Shown here: in pieces, positions 1 to 8,635 of the stretch
Layout of the letters: each line of letters opens with the position of its first letter
Numbering within the stretch: the stretch's first letter is position 1
Program-made: the position numbers and the translations under genes
Notes under the pieces: model-generated
What the model was told of the DNA's origin: nothing
What the model saw: the letters and a program-made list of their open reading frames with translations, nothing else
Database searches by the model: none
Virus record (IMG/VR): IMGVR_UViG_3300002835_000006
Origin: a virus
Lineage: Duplodnaviria; Caudoviricetes
Direction: 5' to 3' (one strand)
Length of the DNA: 64,000 nucleotides

Positions 1-159
1 TACATGTCCATACATTGGGGGAGACAAATTGTCTCTCTCGTTGAAGGGGATAAAACACTACTAAAGGTTCGTTACACTCACTCCCCCCGCTATGTACTAC
101 TTATTACTTTTTTTGCTGGAAAATATACATAGTAAAAAACTGGTCTTCCTGATAGCGTC

Positions 160-361
160 AGAGGGGAAAAAGTGGGGTTTTCACTATCTGCATGACCAAT
201 AGTGGTGGTAAAATGTGGGAGACAGTGGTGGGGAAAAGTGGGGGAAAGTGTGTCGAGGGGATTGTGCCGTGGCTAACGCTCGACTGACTTTTTGACAATT
301 CCAACTTTTCCCCAAACAATTTATCCACACCCCGCCCACAAGAGAGAGGTTTTTATTCACA
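160..361. repeat. G-run repeat island with DnaA-box-like 9-mers (origin-like, unproven)
   Basis: GGGGAAAA(A)GTG at ~163 and ~230, inverted ACTTTTCCCC at 303-312; TTATCCACA 321-329; TTATTCACA 353-361; non-coding. Confidence 0.4.
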
Positions 362-378
362 TTTCATAGTTATTTTAT

Positions 379-687
379 ATGTTCCATAATATGGATTTAT
401 TCAAAGAGTTAAAAGCGAACATCACCCCCATCACGGAAGATAGGGTTGCGGTGGAGATTCTTCTCAAGGAGGAGGTGTCTCTCGGTGTGTTATATTATGA
501 GAGACCGAAGGCGGGGTGGACCAACAAACCTGTCATGCCCACGAGATGGAGATGTGTGGATGCGAAGGTGGAGGGAGTAAAAGTATGGGGCGGGGATGAT
601 ATATCCCCCAAGGATTTAATGGTGTGGGCGCAAGAAAAGGTATATGAATATCACAGCAAGGGGGATATATCATCCCACACCCACTGA
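379..687 (+). CDS. hypothetical protein
   Basis: 102 aa ORF, ATG after AT-rich spacer; no motif recognised. Confidence 0.6.
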   Translation: MFHNMDLFKELKANITPITEDRVAVEILLKEEVSLGVLYYERPKAGWTNKPVMPTRWRCVDAKVEGVKVWGGDDISPKDLMVWAQEKVYEYHSKGDISSHTH

Positions 688-1049
688 TATAGGTCCTCCA
701 TGTTTCTAGCATGTTTTTCCTGAGGGTGTTTCATATAACCATACACTTCAAGGTTATGGGTATAGTACCTGAGGTTCTGAAGGTAGTGGGTATATTCATG
801 AAGGACGCAGCGGATAATCCACTTCACGGTGGGGCAGTAGTTATGAAACACATACATGGTATTGCGCTCAGGGCAATACATACCATAGGCGGGGGTGAAC
901 TTATCCCCAAGCTTTCGGACCGCATACTTAAAGGTCCTTTCCTTAGACACCTTTCTCCCCACGTTCTCCTTCATCCATTCAACGGTGAGGTCAACAATCT
1001 GACGACGCTTTTTCATAGATAGACCCTTGGTCCGAGTGGTAAGTTTCAT
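651..1049 (-). CDS. HExxH zinc-metallopeptidase-like protein
   Basis: CVLHEYTHYLQ motif with downstream EKHAR, typical of SprT/ImmA-like phage proteins. Confidence 0.65.
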   Translation of the reverse strand: MKLTTRTKGLSMKKRRQIVDLTVEWMKENVGRKVSKERTFKYAVRKLGDKFTPAYGMYCPERNTMYVFHNYCPTVKWIIRCVLHEYTHYLQNLRYYTHNLEVYGYMKHPQEKHARNMEDLYQWVWDDISPLL

Positions 1050-1089
1050 AACTCAAAACTACAACTATTTATTGTAATAAAAAAATCTA

Positions 1090-1563
1090 ATGGCTGACTT
1101 CCAACATGTGACCCACGAAGAAATAAATGAGTTATATCATTTCAGGGTATTAAAGAAAATACTCATGAGGACCTACCCGTGGATTAAAGATGTTAAACTA
1201 CCCGAGGAAATAAATAAGTATAGCCTTATCTTCCTCGACATAGTACTTGACCCATGGGAGTTAGCCAAAGAAAAAGATTGGACCGTTAAATTCTACATCG
1301 AGATGCGGGGGTTCGATTGGTCCCCATACCTATCCACGTTCTTCACTCAGGGACAACCCCCAAGAGAAGTGGTCCAAGATATCCAAATTCTCATAGACAA
1401 AGTTCAAAAGAGCCCCGCCGTTCCCCAAGACATGAAGATACCCAAGTCCCGCAAGTTCGAAGTTGGTACATGGATAATATCCCCAAGCTCCGTACCACTC
1501 CCCGAATACACGGAGGTCCCCGAATGGAAGAAGAAGAAAGATATCGATAGTACCGAGAACTAA
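1090..1563 (+). CDS. hypothetical protein, 'YPxI' paralog family
   Basis: KKILMRTYPWIKDV resembles ORFs at 2066, 4953, 16730 and 24311. Confidence 0.7.
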   Translation: MADFQHVTHEEINELYHFRVLKKILMRTYPWIKDVKLPEEINKYSLIFLDIVLDPWELAKEKDWTVKFYIEMRGFDWSPYLSTFFTQGQPPREVVQDIQILIDKVQKSPAVPQDMKIPKSRKFEVGTWIISPSSVPLPEYTEVPEWKKKKDIDSTEN

Positions 1564-1569
1564 CAAATA

Positions 1570-1740
1570 ATATTATCCCCACCCCCATGTGAATAACCAT
1601 GGGAGGGGGGGATAGTTATCCACAACTTATCCCCTGACAAAAGGTCCCCTCATCCCCCCCATATGGAGGGGGTATACCCCCCCTCCCCCCCGTATCCCCC
1701 CTTACTATATGTCAAAACGTCGGTTTGGGGGGGACAATAC
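1570..1740. other. G/C homopolymer island with near-palindromes and DnaA-box-like 9-mers
   Basis: Runs of 5-7 G/C; GGAGGGGGTATACCCCCCCTCC; TGTGAATAA 1588-1596; TTATCCACA 1616-1624. Confidence 0.5.
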
Positions 1741-1762
1741 CATAAGTTGCGCAAAAAAAATT

Positions 1763-1795
1763 TTTGGGAAAAATTTGTCCTTTTTCATATTTTTG
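1763..1795 (+). promoter_or_regulatory. Bacteroidota-type sigma70 promoter
   Basis: TTTG (1763-66), 21 nt spacer, TATTTTTG (1788-95) just before ATG 1800; matches -33/-7 TTTG/TAnnTTTG consensus. Confidence 0.65.
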
Positions 1796-1799
1796 TGTG

Positions 1800-2036
1800 A
1801 TGAAAAAACCATATACAAAATCTGATTATAAGAGAAAAAAACGTGAGGTTAAAAGGACATCTCAGAAGTTATCATACCAAAGGAAAAAAACAAAATTCAT
1901 AAAGGGGGATATTGTTAAATTGAAGGATGGGGATGATATGGGATATGTTATGTATTACAAAGGGAATATGGTTTTTGTAAATTGGACAAAAACATCAGAT
2001 TATCATCTGGAGTTAGATTTAATAAAGGTAGTTTGA
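1800..2036 (+). CDS. small basic protein with SH3/KOW-like C-terminus
   Basis: FIKGDIVKLKDGDDMGYVMYY pattern; start moved to ATG 1800. Confidence 0.6.
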   Translation: MKKPYTKSDYKRKKREVKRTSQKLSYQRKKTKFIKGDIVKLKDGDDMGYVMYYKGNMVFVNWTKTSDYHLELDLIKVV

Positions 2037-2065
2037 TTTTAAAAATTTTTGGCTATTTATTGGTA

Positions 2066-2353
2066 ATGGAAGAGGGACTACAAAAGTTTATCAAAAGAAT
2101 GATGTTGAAAAAATATCCATTCATTTTGGAGATTTATGTAATTAAATCTTTTGGGTCACCACCACACTTCGAATCAAAGGACTGCTACGAAGTTTTCCTT
2201 GTTATTTTCGAAGAAGACTTGGGAAAATTATGGGGAACAAGAGAATATATTGATGAACTTGCAAAATACATGGGAATACCCATATGTGGAGTTTATAATG
2301 AATATGTTGATTCAGAAGAATGGGAGGAGATGAAGTCGAATTCAAAAACATGA
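2066..2353 (+). CDS. hypothetical protein, 'YPxI' family
   Basis: MLKKYPFILEIYV...LAKYMGI; TATTTAT at 2054-60 upstream. Confidence 0.75.
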   Translation: MEEGLQKFIKRMMLKKYPFILEIYVIKSFGSPPHFESKDCYEVFLVIFEEDLGKLWGTREYIDELAKYMGIPICGVYNEYVDSEEWEEMKSNSKT

Positions 2354-2404
2354 CCCTTGTTTTATAAATGCGGGGTTTTTCTTAAAAAAAATTTTCTGGG
2401 AATT

Positions 2405-2437
2405 TTTGGTAAAATTGAAATTTGTTTTCTATCTTTG
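2405..2437 (+). promoter_or_regulatory. Bacteroidota-type sigma70 promoter
   Basis: TTTG 2405-08 and TATCTTTG 2430-37 before ATG 2451. Confidence 0.65.
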
Positions 2438-2450
2438 GAAAAAATTATAT

Positions 2451-3041
2451 ATGGGGGAGTATTCAAAAAAATGGAAAACATCTTTTGAGAAAAAGTTTTC
2501 AAAAGCTCTAAATCAAATTAGAGAACTCGAAAAAGAATATCAGGAAATGAAAGATTCAAATCCTGATGAATGGGATTTATCTTATTTATTTGTTGAGGAT
2601 AGTACGCTCGAATATGACAACCCGTCTGATTTGGGTATCTACCATTATGATGGGGCAGAGGAAGGGTCGAAGGAGTATGTTGAAGTTAGTGTCAACGGTT
2701 CACGTGCTTCTAGTTATGCATTTAAGTTTTACTCCTTAAAGGAACTTATTGATTTCAGAAATAGTTTGATGGAAGCAATTGATAAGTTTGGTCGAGTTCC
2801 TGAAGAAACCAAAGATATTATTACTGATGACTGTGAAGATGAAGAAGGTTGGGAAGATAATGAAGAATCTGAATATACAATTCAAGCTTCAAGAACTTGT
2901 GTTCAATCATGGACTCATACAGTAATGGCTCGTTCTTCATGTGAAGCTTATAGAAAAGTTCAAGAAGACCCTGATGGTTCAACTCATGATGAAAACGATG
3001 ACCTTGACCAATATGGCGAAATTGATTATGAGATAATCTAA
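2451..3041 (+). CDS. acidic hypothetical protein
   Basis: Long D/E-rich ORF downstream of promoter. Confidence 0.75.
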   Translation: MGEYSKKWKTSFEKKFSKALNQIRELEKEYQEMKDSNPDEWDLSYLFVEDSTLEYDNPSDLGIYHYDGAEEGSKEYVEVSVNGSRASSYAFKFYSLKELIDFRNSLMEAIDKFGRVPEETKDIITDDCEDEEGWEDNEESEYTIQASRTCVQSWTHTVMARSSCEAYRKVQEDPDGSTHDENDDLDQYGEIDYEII

Positions 3042-3142
3042 TTAAAAGTATCCAACTGGAGATTAAAAAAAAAAATAACAACCTTTTCCAAAATGAAGAG
3101 GTTTTTTTTTTAACTCGAATATTTATAATAAACAATTTGAAA

Positions 3143-3583
3143 ATGGGAAAAATTATAAGATTGACGGAATCGGATTTAGTAAAGTTGGTACAAAGAGTAA
3201 TATCTGAACAAACAAAACCAGCAGCACAAAAAACCTCACCAACTAATAGTTTATATGATGGGTTTACTAAATTACCTAAATCTATTCGTATCAAGGCTGA
3301 TATGGGGGTTGCGGCTCCAATGATGATTGACATTACACATAAATGGAGTGGTTCCTTCGGATGTGAGTTCATCGGAGTTATGAGAGGAACTACTGCTTTG
3401 TATTTCAAATTTGCATTTGATTGTAATAAACAAACATTGGTTATAAATGAATCATATAGTAGAGATATTCCTAGAGGACAGAGAGTGAAGATTTCGTCTG
3501 AAGCATTGAATTTATTGATTGATTCATGTGGTTGTGATAAATATGTAAAAAATAGTTCGCAATCGACCACTGATTTTGTATAA
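3143..3583 (+). CDS. leader-bearing protein (KIIRLTESDL type), Cys-pair family
   Basis: MGKIIRLTESDLVKLVQRVISEQ; FKFAFDCNK; CGCDKY. Confidence 0.8.
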   Translation: MGKIIRLTESDLVKLVQRVISEQTKPAAQKTSPTNSLYDGFTKLPKSIRIKADMGVAAPMMIDITHKWSGSFGCEFIGVMRGTTALYFKFAFDCNKQTLVINESYSRDIPRGQRVKISSEALNLLIDSCGCDKYVKNSSQSTTDFV

Positions 3584-3606
3584 GACATTTAACTAAAATA
3601 AAAAAC

Positions 3607-3636
3607 AACCCTCTTCCATTACGAAGGGGGTTTTTT
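3607..3636 (+). terminator. intrinsic terminator
   Basis: AACCCTCTTC-loop-GAAGGGGGTT followed by T-run. Confidence 0.7.
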
Positions 3637-3657
3637 GTTTTGTGTCTATTTATAATC

Positions 3658-3972
3658 ATGAATTACATTATCAACGAAGAACAACTTGACAGAATTATAA
3701 AACCTTATTTTGATAAACGTTTTAAAGATTCTGAGTATGATACAAGAAAGTCAGGTTTTGAGGATTTGTGGACAGGTTATTGGGTTACCAAAGATGGTTT
3801 TTCAAGATTATTGATTGGTCATCCTGCTAATGATGATGGGGGAATATGGTTTTCTAATGGTGAAATCTTGGACGGGTGGACTTACTTTGATATAAAACCG
3901 GAACAATTTTATGATTCATTGAAAAGGTATCTTGAAAAAACTTATGAAATTAAAATTGGGGATGTCATGTAA
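3658..3972 (+). CDS. leader-bearing hypothetical protein, 'KWFE' family
   Basis: MNYIINEEQL leader; TATTTAT 3647-53. Confidence 0.75.
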   Translation: MNYIINEEQLDRIIKPYFDKRFKDSEYDTRKSGFEDLWTGYWVTKDGFSRLLIGHPANDDGGIWFSNGEILDGWTYFDIKPEQFYDSLKRYLEKTYEIKIGDVM

Positions 3973-4019
3973 TTTCTGTACTTGTTTTATAATTTGAATA
4001 TTTATTTGAAAACACTACA

Positions 4020-4505
4020 ATGAAACATCTTTTGAATAATCTCACTGAAGAGGAAAAAAATTTAATTCGCCAACAACATACGGGGGGTATGAAAGTATCA
4101 AATGAAAAGTTTTCACAGCTTGTGGAATCAAAACTCGGAGTTGTGAAACCAATTTTGAACGAACAAACAGAAACTCCAAGTATGGACACATTAGTTGGCT
4201 CAACAATCAGACTTTATAATTCAAGGTCTCAAGATAGACTTGTTGTTGGGGAAGCAACCATTAAAAGTGTTACAAAAGATAGTGATACACAATTTACAAT
4301 GGAGGTAGACGTGAAATATAGACCAACTTTAATGCCAGGTAATCCTGGTCCCATAACCTTGACACTTAAATTTGATTGTAACCAAAAAGGTTTTGAACTA
4401 ATTTCGAAAGACAAACCTAGAACATTATTCAATGTGGACTTCGAAAACTATTGTGAAAAGTTTTGTCCAAATCCTAAAAAGAGAACCAAAGGAAGTTCAT
4501 TTTAA
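4020..4505 (+). CDS. leader-bearing protein (EEEKxxI type), Cys-pair family
   Basis: MKHLLNNLTEEEKNLIRQQH; LKFDCNQK; YCEKFCP. Confidence 0.8.
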   Translation: MKHLLNNLTEEEKNLIRQQHTGGMKVSNEKFSQLVESKLGVVKPILNEQTETPSMDTLVGSTIRLYNSRSQDRLVVGEATIKSVTKDSDTQFTMEVDVKYRPTLMPGNPGPITLTLKFDCNQKGFELISKDKPRTLFNVDFENYCEKFCPNPKKRTKGSSF

Positions 4506-4525
4506 TAACAAAAATAAAAATATGT

Positions 4526-4555
4526 AAAACCCGATTTCAATATCGGGTTTTTTTA
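4526..4555 (+). terminator. intrinsic terminator
   Basis: AAAACCCGAT-TTCAAT-ATCGGGTTTT then T-run. Confidence 0.75.
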
Positions 4556-4579
4556 TTTTTAAATTTTATATTTATAATA

Positions 4580-4951
4580 ATGAAATATATTATTTCAGAA
4601 TCCAAACTTGATGGTTTAATCTACGATTACATAGATAAACTATTTTCAGAAAGAGAATTGAATTATGGTCATCCACTCATGTACAATGATTTGGGGGATG
4701 AGGTGGAAAATAAAAACGCATATGAATTCTTTTTCGAAACAGGTTCCTCCGATGAAGATGTTTGTTTCAAATGGGTTGATTGTGGTTATTTCCTAAATCC
4801 AAGTCCAATGAGTTCTCTTTGTCCTATACTTATAGTGGAAAATCAATTCGAGTGGAGATTGAACTCATTATTTCAGGATTTATGGAAACCAATATTCAGA
4901 AAATGGTTTATTGATAAATTTAATTTACCTGTCACAACAATCAGAGAATAA
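4580..4951 (+). CDS. leader-bearing hypothetical protein, 'KWFE' family
   Basis: MKYIISESKL; LFQDLWKPIFRKWF. Confidence 0.8.
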   Translation: MKYIISESKLDGLIYDYIDKLFSERELNYGHPLMYNDLGDEVENKNAYEFFFETGSSDEDVCFKWVDCGYFLNPSPMSSLCPILIVENQFEWRLNSLFQDLWKPIFRKWFIDKFNLPVTTIRE

Positions 4952-4952
4952 A

Positions 4953-5267
4953 ATGGTTGATATTGAAAAATATAAGGACGAAGGTTTATCAAAGATTTTT
5001 AGTAGTCATCTAATAAAATCAATCTATCCCATGGTGGATAGAATTGATGTATATGAACCCCCAGTAGTAGATTTCCTTGTATTCAGAATTTTCTTGAATG
5101 ACCCCACCATTACCAAAGACAATATGTATCAAAAAGGTATGGACCCCCACTATTTGGTTGACAAGTATGGTAAGAGATATTTGAAGTATTTTGGTTATAG
5201 TAAGAGACTTGGGGGATATGTATTATTTACACCTGATGGGGATAAGATAGACCAAGATATTTATTAG
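4953..5267 (+). CDS. hypothetical protein, 'YPxI' family
   Basis: LIKSIYPMVDRIDV...YLKYFGY. Confidence 0.75.
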   Translation: MVDIEKYKDEGLSKIFSSHLIKSIYPMVDRIDVYEPPVVDFLVFRIFLNDPTITKDNMYQKGMDPHYLVDKYGKRYLKYFGYSKRLGGYVLFTPDGDKIDQDIY

Positions 5268-5269
5268 GG

Positions 5270-6595
5270 ATGAAGTATATTATTTCCAAGGAACAGCATG
5301 GGGAGATTATGGAAGGACCATTTGATTCTTTTAAGAATCGGATGGAGTATCATTTGAATGTGGGGGATAGGAAGAAGTATCCAGGTAAACCCACATATAG
5401 TATGTATGTTATGATGAAGGCATATCAGGAGATTATTGATAGGGTCTTTAAGTATGCTGAGAAAGAGGTTCCTTATGAGGGGGTGAAGGGACTTATTGTT
5501 GCAACAGCATTTTCAAGGGGAAGTATTATGAATGGACCTGAGAATATTACTATTACGTTATGGCCAGTTTTGGATGAGAATAATCCTTTCAAGGGGACTC
5601 AAGAGGAGTTTGATGAAAACACCAAGAAGTTCTCTGATGTTTTGAAAAAAAATATGGAACGTAGACAACTACATAAGTTTTGGCCATTGGACAGGGAGAA
5701 AAGAGTTAAAAATCATTTTCATATATCCCCAACTAAGGTTTCAACTGTTATGTTGGAGTCACATCCTGAGTTTTGGGAACATAATTTGTTTATCAAGCGT
5801 CGTCTTGATATGATAAATGGGTTTGTTATTGGTTCTTATGCCTATCAACACCCTTGTGAGTATTTTTCAGCTGAATCTTTTGTATTTGATTTGATAAATA
5901 ATGATATTCATCACTTTTTAACTGAGGAGAATTTTAGTGAGGGTGAGATTCTTGATGTGAAGGATTTCATTGATGATTATTATAAGGAGAAATTGATTTC
6001 TTATTGGAGAAGGAAGTGTGCAAAATCAGTTGTTAAAGAAGGTTATGTCCCCGCCAATTTTGTTAAACGAAGACTTCCTGAGCTTGAGAACGTTGTTTAT
6101 ATGGCAATGAATAGTCATGATGATGAAAGGGACTTTCATGATTTTGTGGAAAGATGTTTTGAATATGTTTTTTCATATTATTCTGACCATTCTACATTAC
6201 CTCGGGACTATATTGAGGAGCTCGTTGATTATGTTGGGGAATATATGTTCCCGATTTTGGAAAAACATTTTTTGGAGGTGAGGAGTATGGAAAATGATAA
6301 GCCGGATATTGTTTCGGAGGGTAAGATTGATGAGTATAGGGAGAATTTTTTGGGTAAGTTGCACCACTATGATAACGGGGTGTATGTACTTTTTGATAAA
6401 AAAGGGGGTGAAGGTGACCCTGTGTTGGAATATGATAATTTTGATGGTAGGTTATGGATTCAGAGTGATTATCTTTCCCTTTTTTATGGTATGTTTGGTT
6501 TTGAGAGTTTGGGGGAGGCCGCTGAATATATTGAAAGGTGGTTTGAAAATAAATTTGGGTATAACGTAAAAGACATTGTCTTTAGTAAAAAATGA
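5270..6595 (+). CDS. multidomain leader-bearing protein (two 'KRRL' units plus 'KWFE' unit)
   Basis: MKYIISKEQ; FIKRRLDM; FVKRRLPE; C-terminal YIERWFENKFG. Confidence 0.8.
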   Translation: MKYIISKEQHGEIMEGPFDSFKNRMEYHLNVGDRKKYPGKPTYSMYVMMKAYQEIIDRVFKYAEKEVPYEGVKGLIVATAFSRGSIMNGPENITITLWPVLDENNPFKGTQEEFDENTKKFSDVLKKNMERRQLHKFWPLDREKRVKNHFHISPTKVSTVMLESHPEFWEHNLFIKRRLDMINGFVIGSYAYQHPCEYFSAESFVFDLINNDIHHFLTEENFSEGEILDVKDFIDDYYKEKLISYWRRKCAKSVVKEGYVPANFVKRRLPELENVVYMAMNSHDDERDFHDFVERCFEYVFSYYSDHSTLPRDYIEELVDYVGEYMFPILEKHFLEVRSMENDKPDIVSEGKIDEYRENFLGKLHHYDNGVYVLFDKKGGEGDPVLEYDNFDGRLWIQSDYLSLFYGMFGFESLGEAAEYIERWFENKFGYNVKDIVFSKK

Positions 6596-6954
6596 AATAT
6601 TCCATATCTCAGAGAAGACTTCACGATTTTATATATGATTATTTGAATCGTAACTATTACCCTGACAGCTGGAACGTTCCCAGAGTTGTTTCTGACCCTT
6701 TGTGGGTCTATGGGGTAAATGATAAGCCCATCTTTGGTTTTTATAAAACGGGTGTTAAACACCATAGATTTGGTGAAAATATCATTTCGCCAAACACCCT
6801 GATGGTTATGGATGATGGTGTTTTAAATAATCTGAATGGTTTGTTCGGTGAATTTTGGTTGGATGTCATGAAAGATTGGTATGAAACAAATTCTGGTCAG
6901 ACGGTGGAACAAATTATTGATTTTAGAAATAATATTTTGAAAGAATATTTTTAA
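6592..6954 (+). CDS. leader-bearing hypothetical protein, 'KWFE' family
   Basis: MKYSISQRRL; LFGEFWLDVMKDWYE. Confidence 0.8.
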   Translation: MKYSISQRRLHDFIYDYLNRNYYPDSWNVPRVVSDPLWVYGVNDKPIFGFYKTGVKHHRFGENIISPNTLMVMDDGVLNNLNGLFGEFWLDVMKDWYETNSGQTVEQIIDFRNNILKEYF

Positions 6955-6956
6955 AA

Positions 6957-7295
6957 ATGAGGTATCTAATATCTGAGACTCGCATCCATAATTTTATTTA
7001 TGAATATCTTGAGAAGAATTACCACCCTGATTATGGTTGGATGAGCCATGATTATTATAAAAATTGGGTTAAAAGGTGGGGTAATAGTGATTTTTATATA
7101 AACGATTTTGTTGCATATGTTTATGTTGGACCTGATAGAGACTTGGACATCTTAAATGAGAAAGAATCTTTAATTGTTTGGGAAAAAACTTCTCATGAGC
7201 TAACAAAACGGTTTGGTGATTTGTGGAAACCCGTTATGGCAAAATGGTTTGAAGACCATACGGGACTTGAGGTAAAACATTTGGATGCTCTGTAA
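6957..7295 (+). CDS. leader-bearing hypothetical protein, 'KWFE' family
   Basis: MRYLISETRI; RFGDLWKPVMAKWFE. Confidence 0.8.
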   Translation: MRYLISETRIHNFIYEYLEKNYHPDYGWMSHDYYKNWVKRWGNSDFYINDFVAYVYVGPDRDLDILNEKESLIVWEKTSHELTKRFGDLWKPVMAKWFEDHTGLEVKHLDAL

Positions 7296-7301
7296 AAAGA
7301 A

Positions 7302-7757
7302 TTACGTGGAGCTTCCGAAATTCGTTGATGGAATCTTGGCAATTCTTGTTACATCTAAGTCATAAAATTCATTTATAAATTCTATAAGCATCTTTGGTGT
7401 TAGTAATTTTTCTAATGCAATAAGATATGTTATTTTGCTTTCGGGTATGGATGCGTAGGGTAATACAATATTTCCGTTTCTGTAAGTATGTTTTCCCCTA
7501 TATCTGAATACAAGTCCCTGTAAGGGACCCCTTCCGTTATAGTCATAAGAGTAGATGCTATGTTTTCTTAGGTCTGTAAGTTCGGGAATATTATTTGCAA
7601 CGTATTCGATAATATTGCCATTATATACTATGTTCACATAGTCCTCTAAACTCATTCCGAACGATTCTTGAGCTTTCTTGGGACCCCTTGATATAAGTTC
7701 CTTTCTTAAATTTGTGGAAGCCATTTCTCTTAGAATCCTTCTTATTGTTGACCTCAT
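7302..7757 (-). CDS. leader-bearing hypothetical protein
   Basis: MRSTIRRILRE; ATATTTAT upstream on the minus strand. Confidence 0.75.
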   Translation of the reverse strand: MRSTIRRILREMASTNLRKELISRGPKKAQESFGMSLEDYVNIVYNGNIIEYVANNIPELTDLRKHSIYSYDYNGRGPLQGLVFRYRGKHTYRNGNIVLPYASIPESKITYLIALEKLLTPKMLIEFINEFYDLDVTRIAKIPSTNFGSST

Positions 7758-7809
7758 AATAATATAAATATCTTTTTTTCATCTTTTGGGGGGATATTCG
7801 CAAACCGAA

Positions 7810-7872
7810 CCACCTTCGGTGGATTTTCCTCCGTTTTTTTCGACCGACGGTCCCCGACCGTCCTTCGGACGG
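7810..7872. other. cluster of three GC-rich triloop hairpins in divergent intergenic region
   Basis: CCACC-TTC-GGTGG 7810-22; GACC-GAC-GGTC 7842-52; CCGTCC-TTC-GGACGG 7858-72. Confidence 0.6.
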
Positions 7873-7909
7873 ACGTGTCCTTTCCTCATTTATGGACCTC
7901 CTCATATTT

Positions 7910-7946
7910 GACCCCTCATGACGGACCATCTCAGATGAAGGGGTCG
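7910..7946 (+). repeat. intergenic repeat element copy 1 (hairpin with conserved loop)
   Basis: CTCATGACGGACCATCTCAGA at 7915-35 is identical to 10223-43; flanked by GACCCCT/AGGGGTC stem. Confidence 0.8.
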
Positions 7947-7985
7947 TCTTTTTTTTTTGATATATTTATTGTGAAATAGATTTAT

Positions 7986-8576
7986 ATGAGTAAAATTATC
8001 AGATTGACTGAGTCAGATTTGATTAAATTAGTTAAACGTGTCATTAGTGAACAAAGCGGAGGTAATCCAATAACATTTTCTAAAGTTGTTGATGTTCCGA
8101 ATATGTCGAAAGACCAACTGTTTGACTTGATTATGGAATGGCTTACAACAGCCTATAAAAATATTTCATCCGTTATCCAATTATCGAATAAACAACAAGG
8201 TCTGATAGTTTTGAAGGGTGCTCACACCTGGTCTGCGCCCAAAGGTTTTGGGGGGAGAGGTTGGGATGGTAGAATAACACACACAATAAAGCTACAGGTC
8301 AAAGATAATAAATTCAAAATTGATATGTTTGATTTATATCATGACTCAAGTGCCACATTGGGGGATAACTCCGCTATGGGAGGTATGCAGGTTGTTTTAG
8401 ATTTGGGACTTTTGACCGATAGACCAACTTATGGTGACAAGCCAAGATATTCTTTATATCAAAATAAAGCTTGGCCTTTGTTGAAAGATAGTGCACAGAA
8501 AAACTTTGATGATTTTGTTACCTCCTTGACATCAGGAATACAAAACTTCAAAAAAGACGACGATTTTCAACCATAA
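7986..8576 (+). CDS. DUF4468-like (TBP-like fold) protein with phage leader
   Basis: FSKVVDVPNMSKDQLF...W...YKN...VIQ...G.IV.KG pattern; leader 20/23 identical to ORF 3143. Confidence 0.7.
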   Translation: MSKIIRLTESDLIKLVKRVISEQSGGNPITFSKVVDVPNMSKDQLFDLIMEWLTTAYKNISSVIQLSNKQQGLIVLKGAHTWSAPKGFGGRGWDGRITHTIKLQVKDNKFKIDMFDLYHDSSATLGDNSAMGGMQVVLDLGLLTDRPTYGDKPRYSLYQNKAWPLLKDSAQKNFDDFVTSLTSGIQNFKKDDDFQP

Positions 8577-8635
8577 AAAAAATTTTTTGTAAATAAAATG
8601 TTTCATATATTTGTGGTCTAAAACAAATAAATTAT

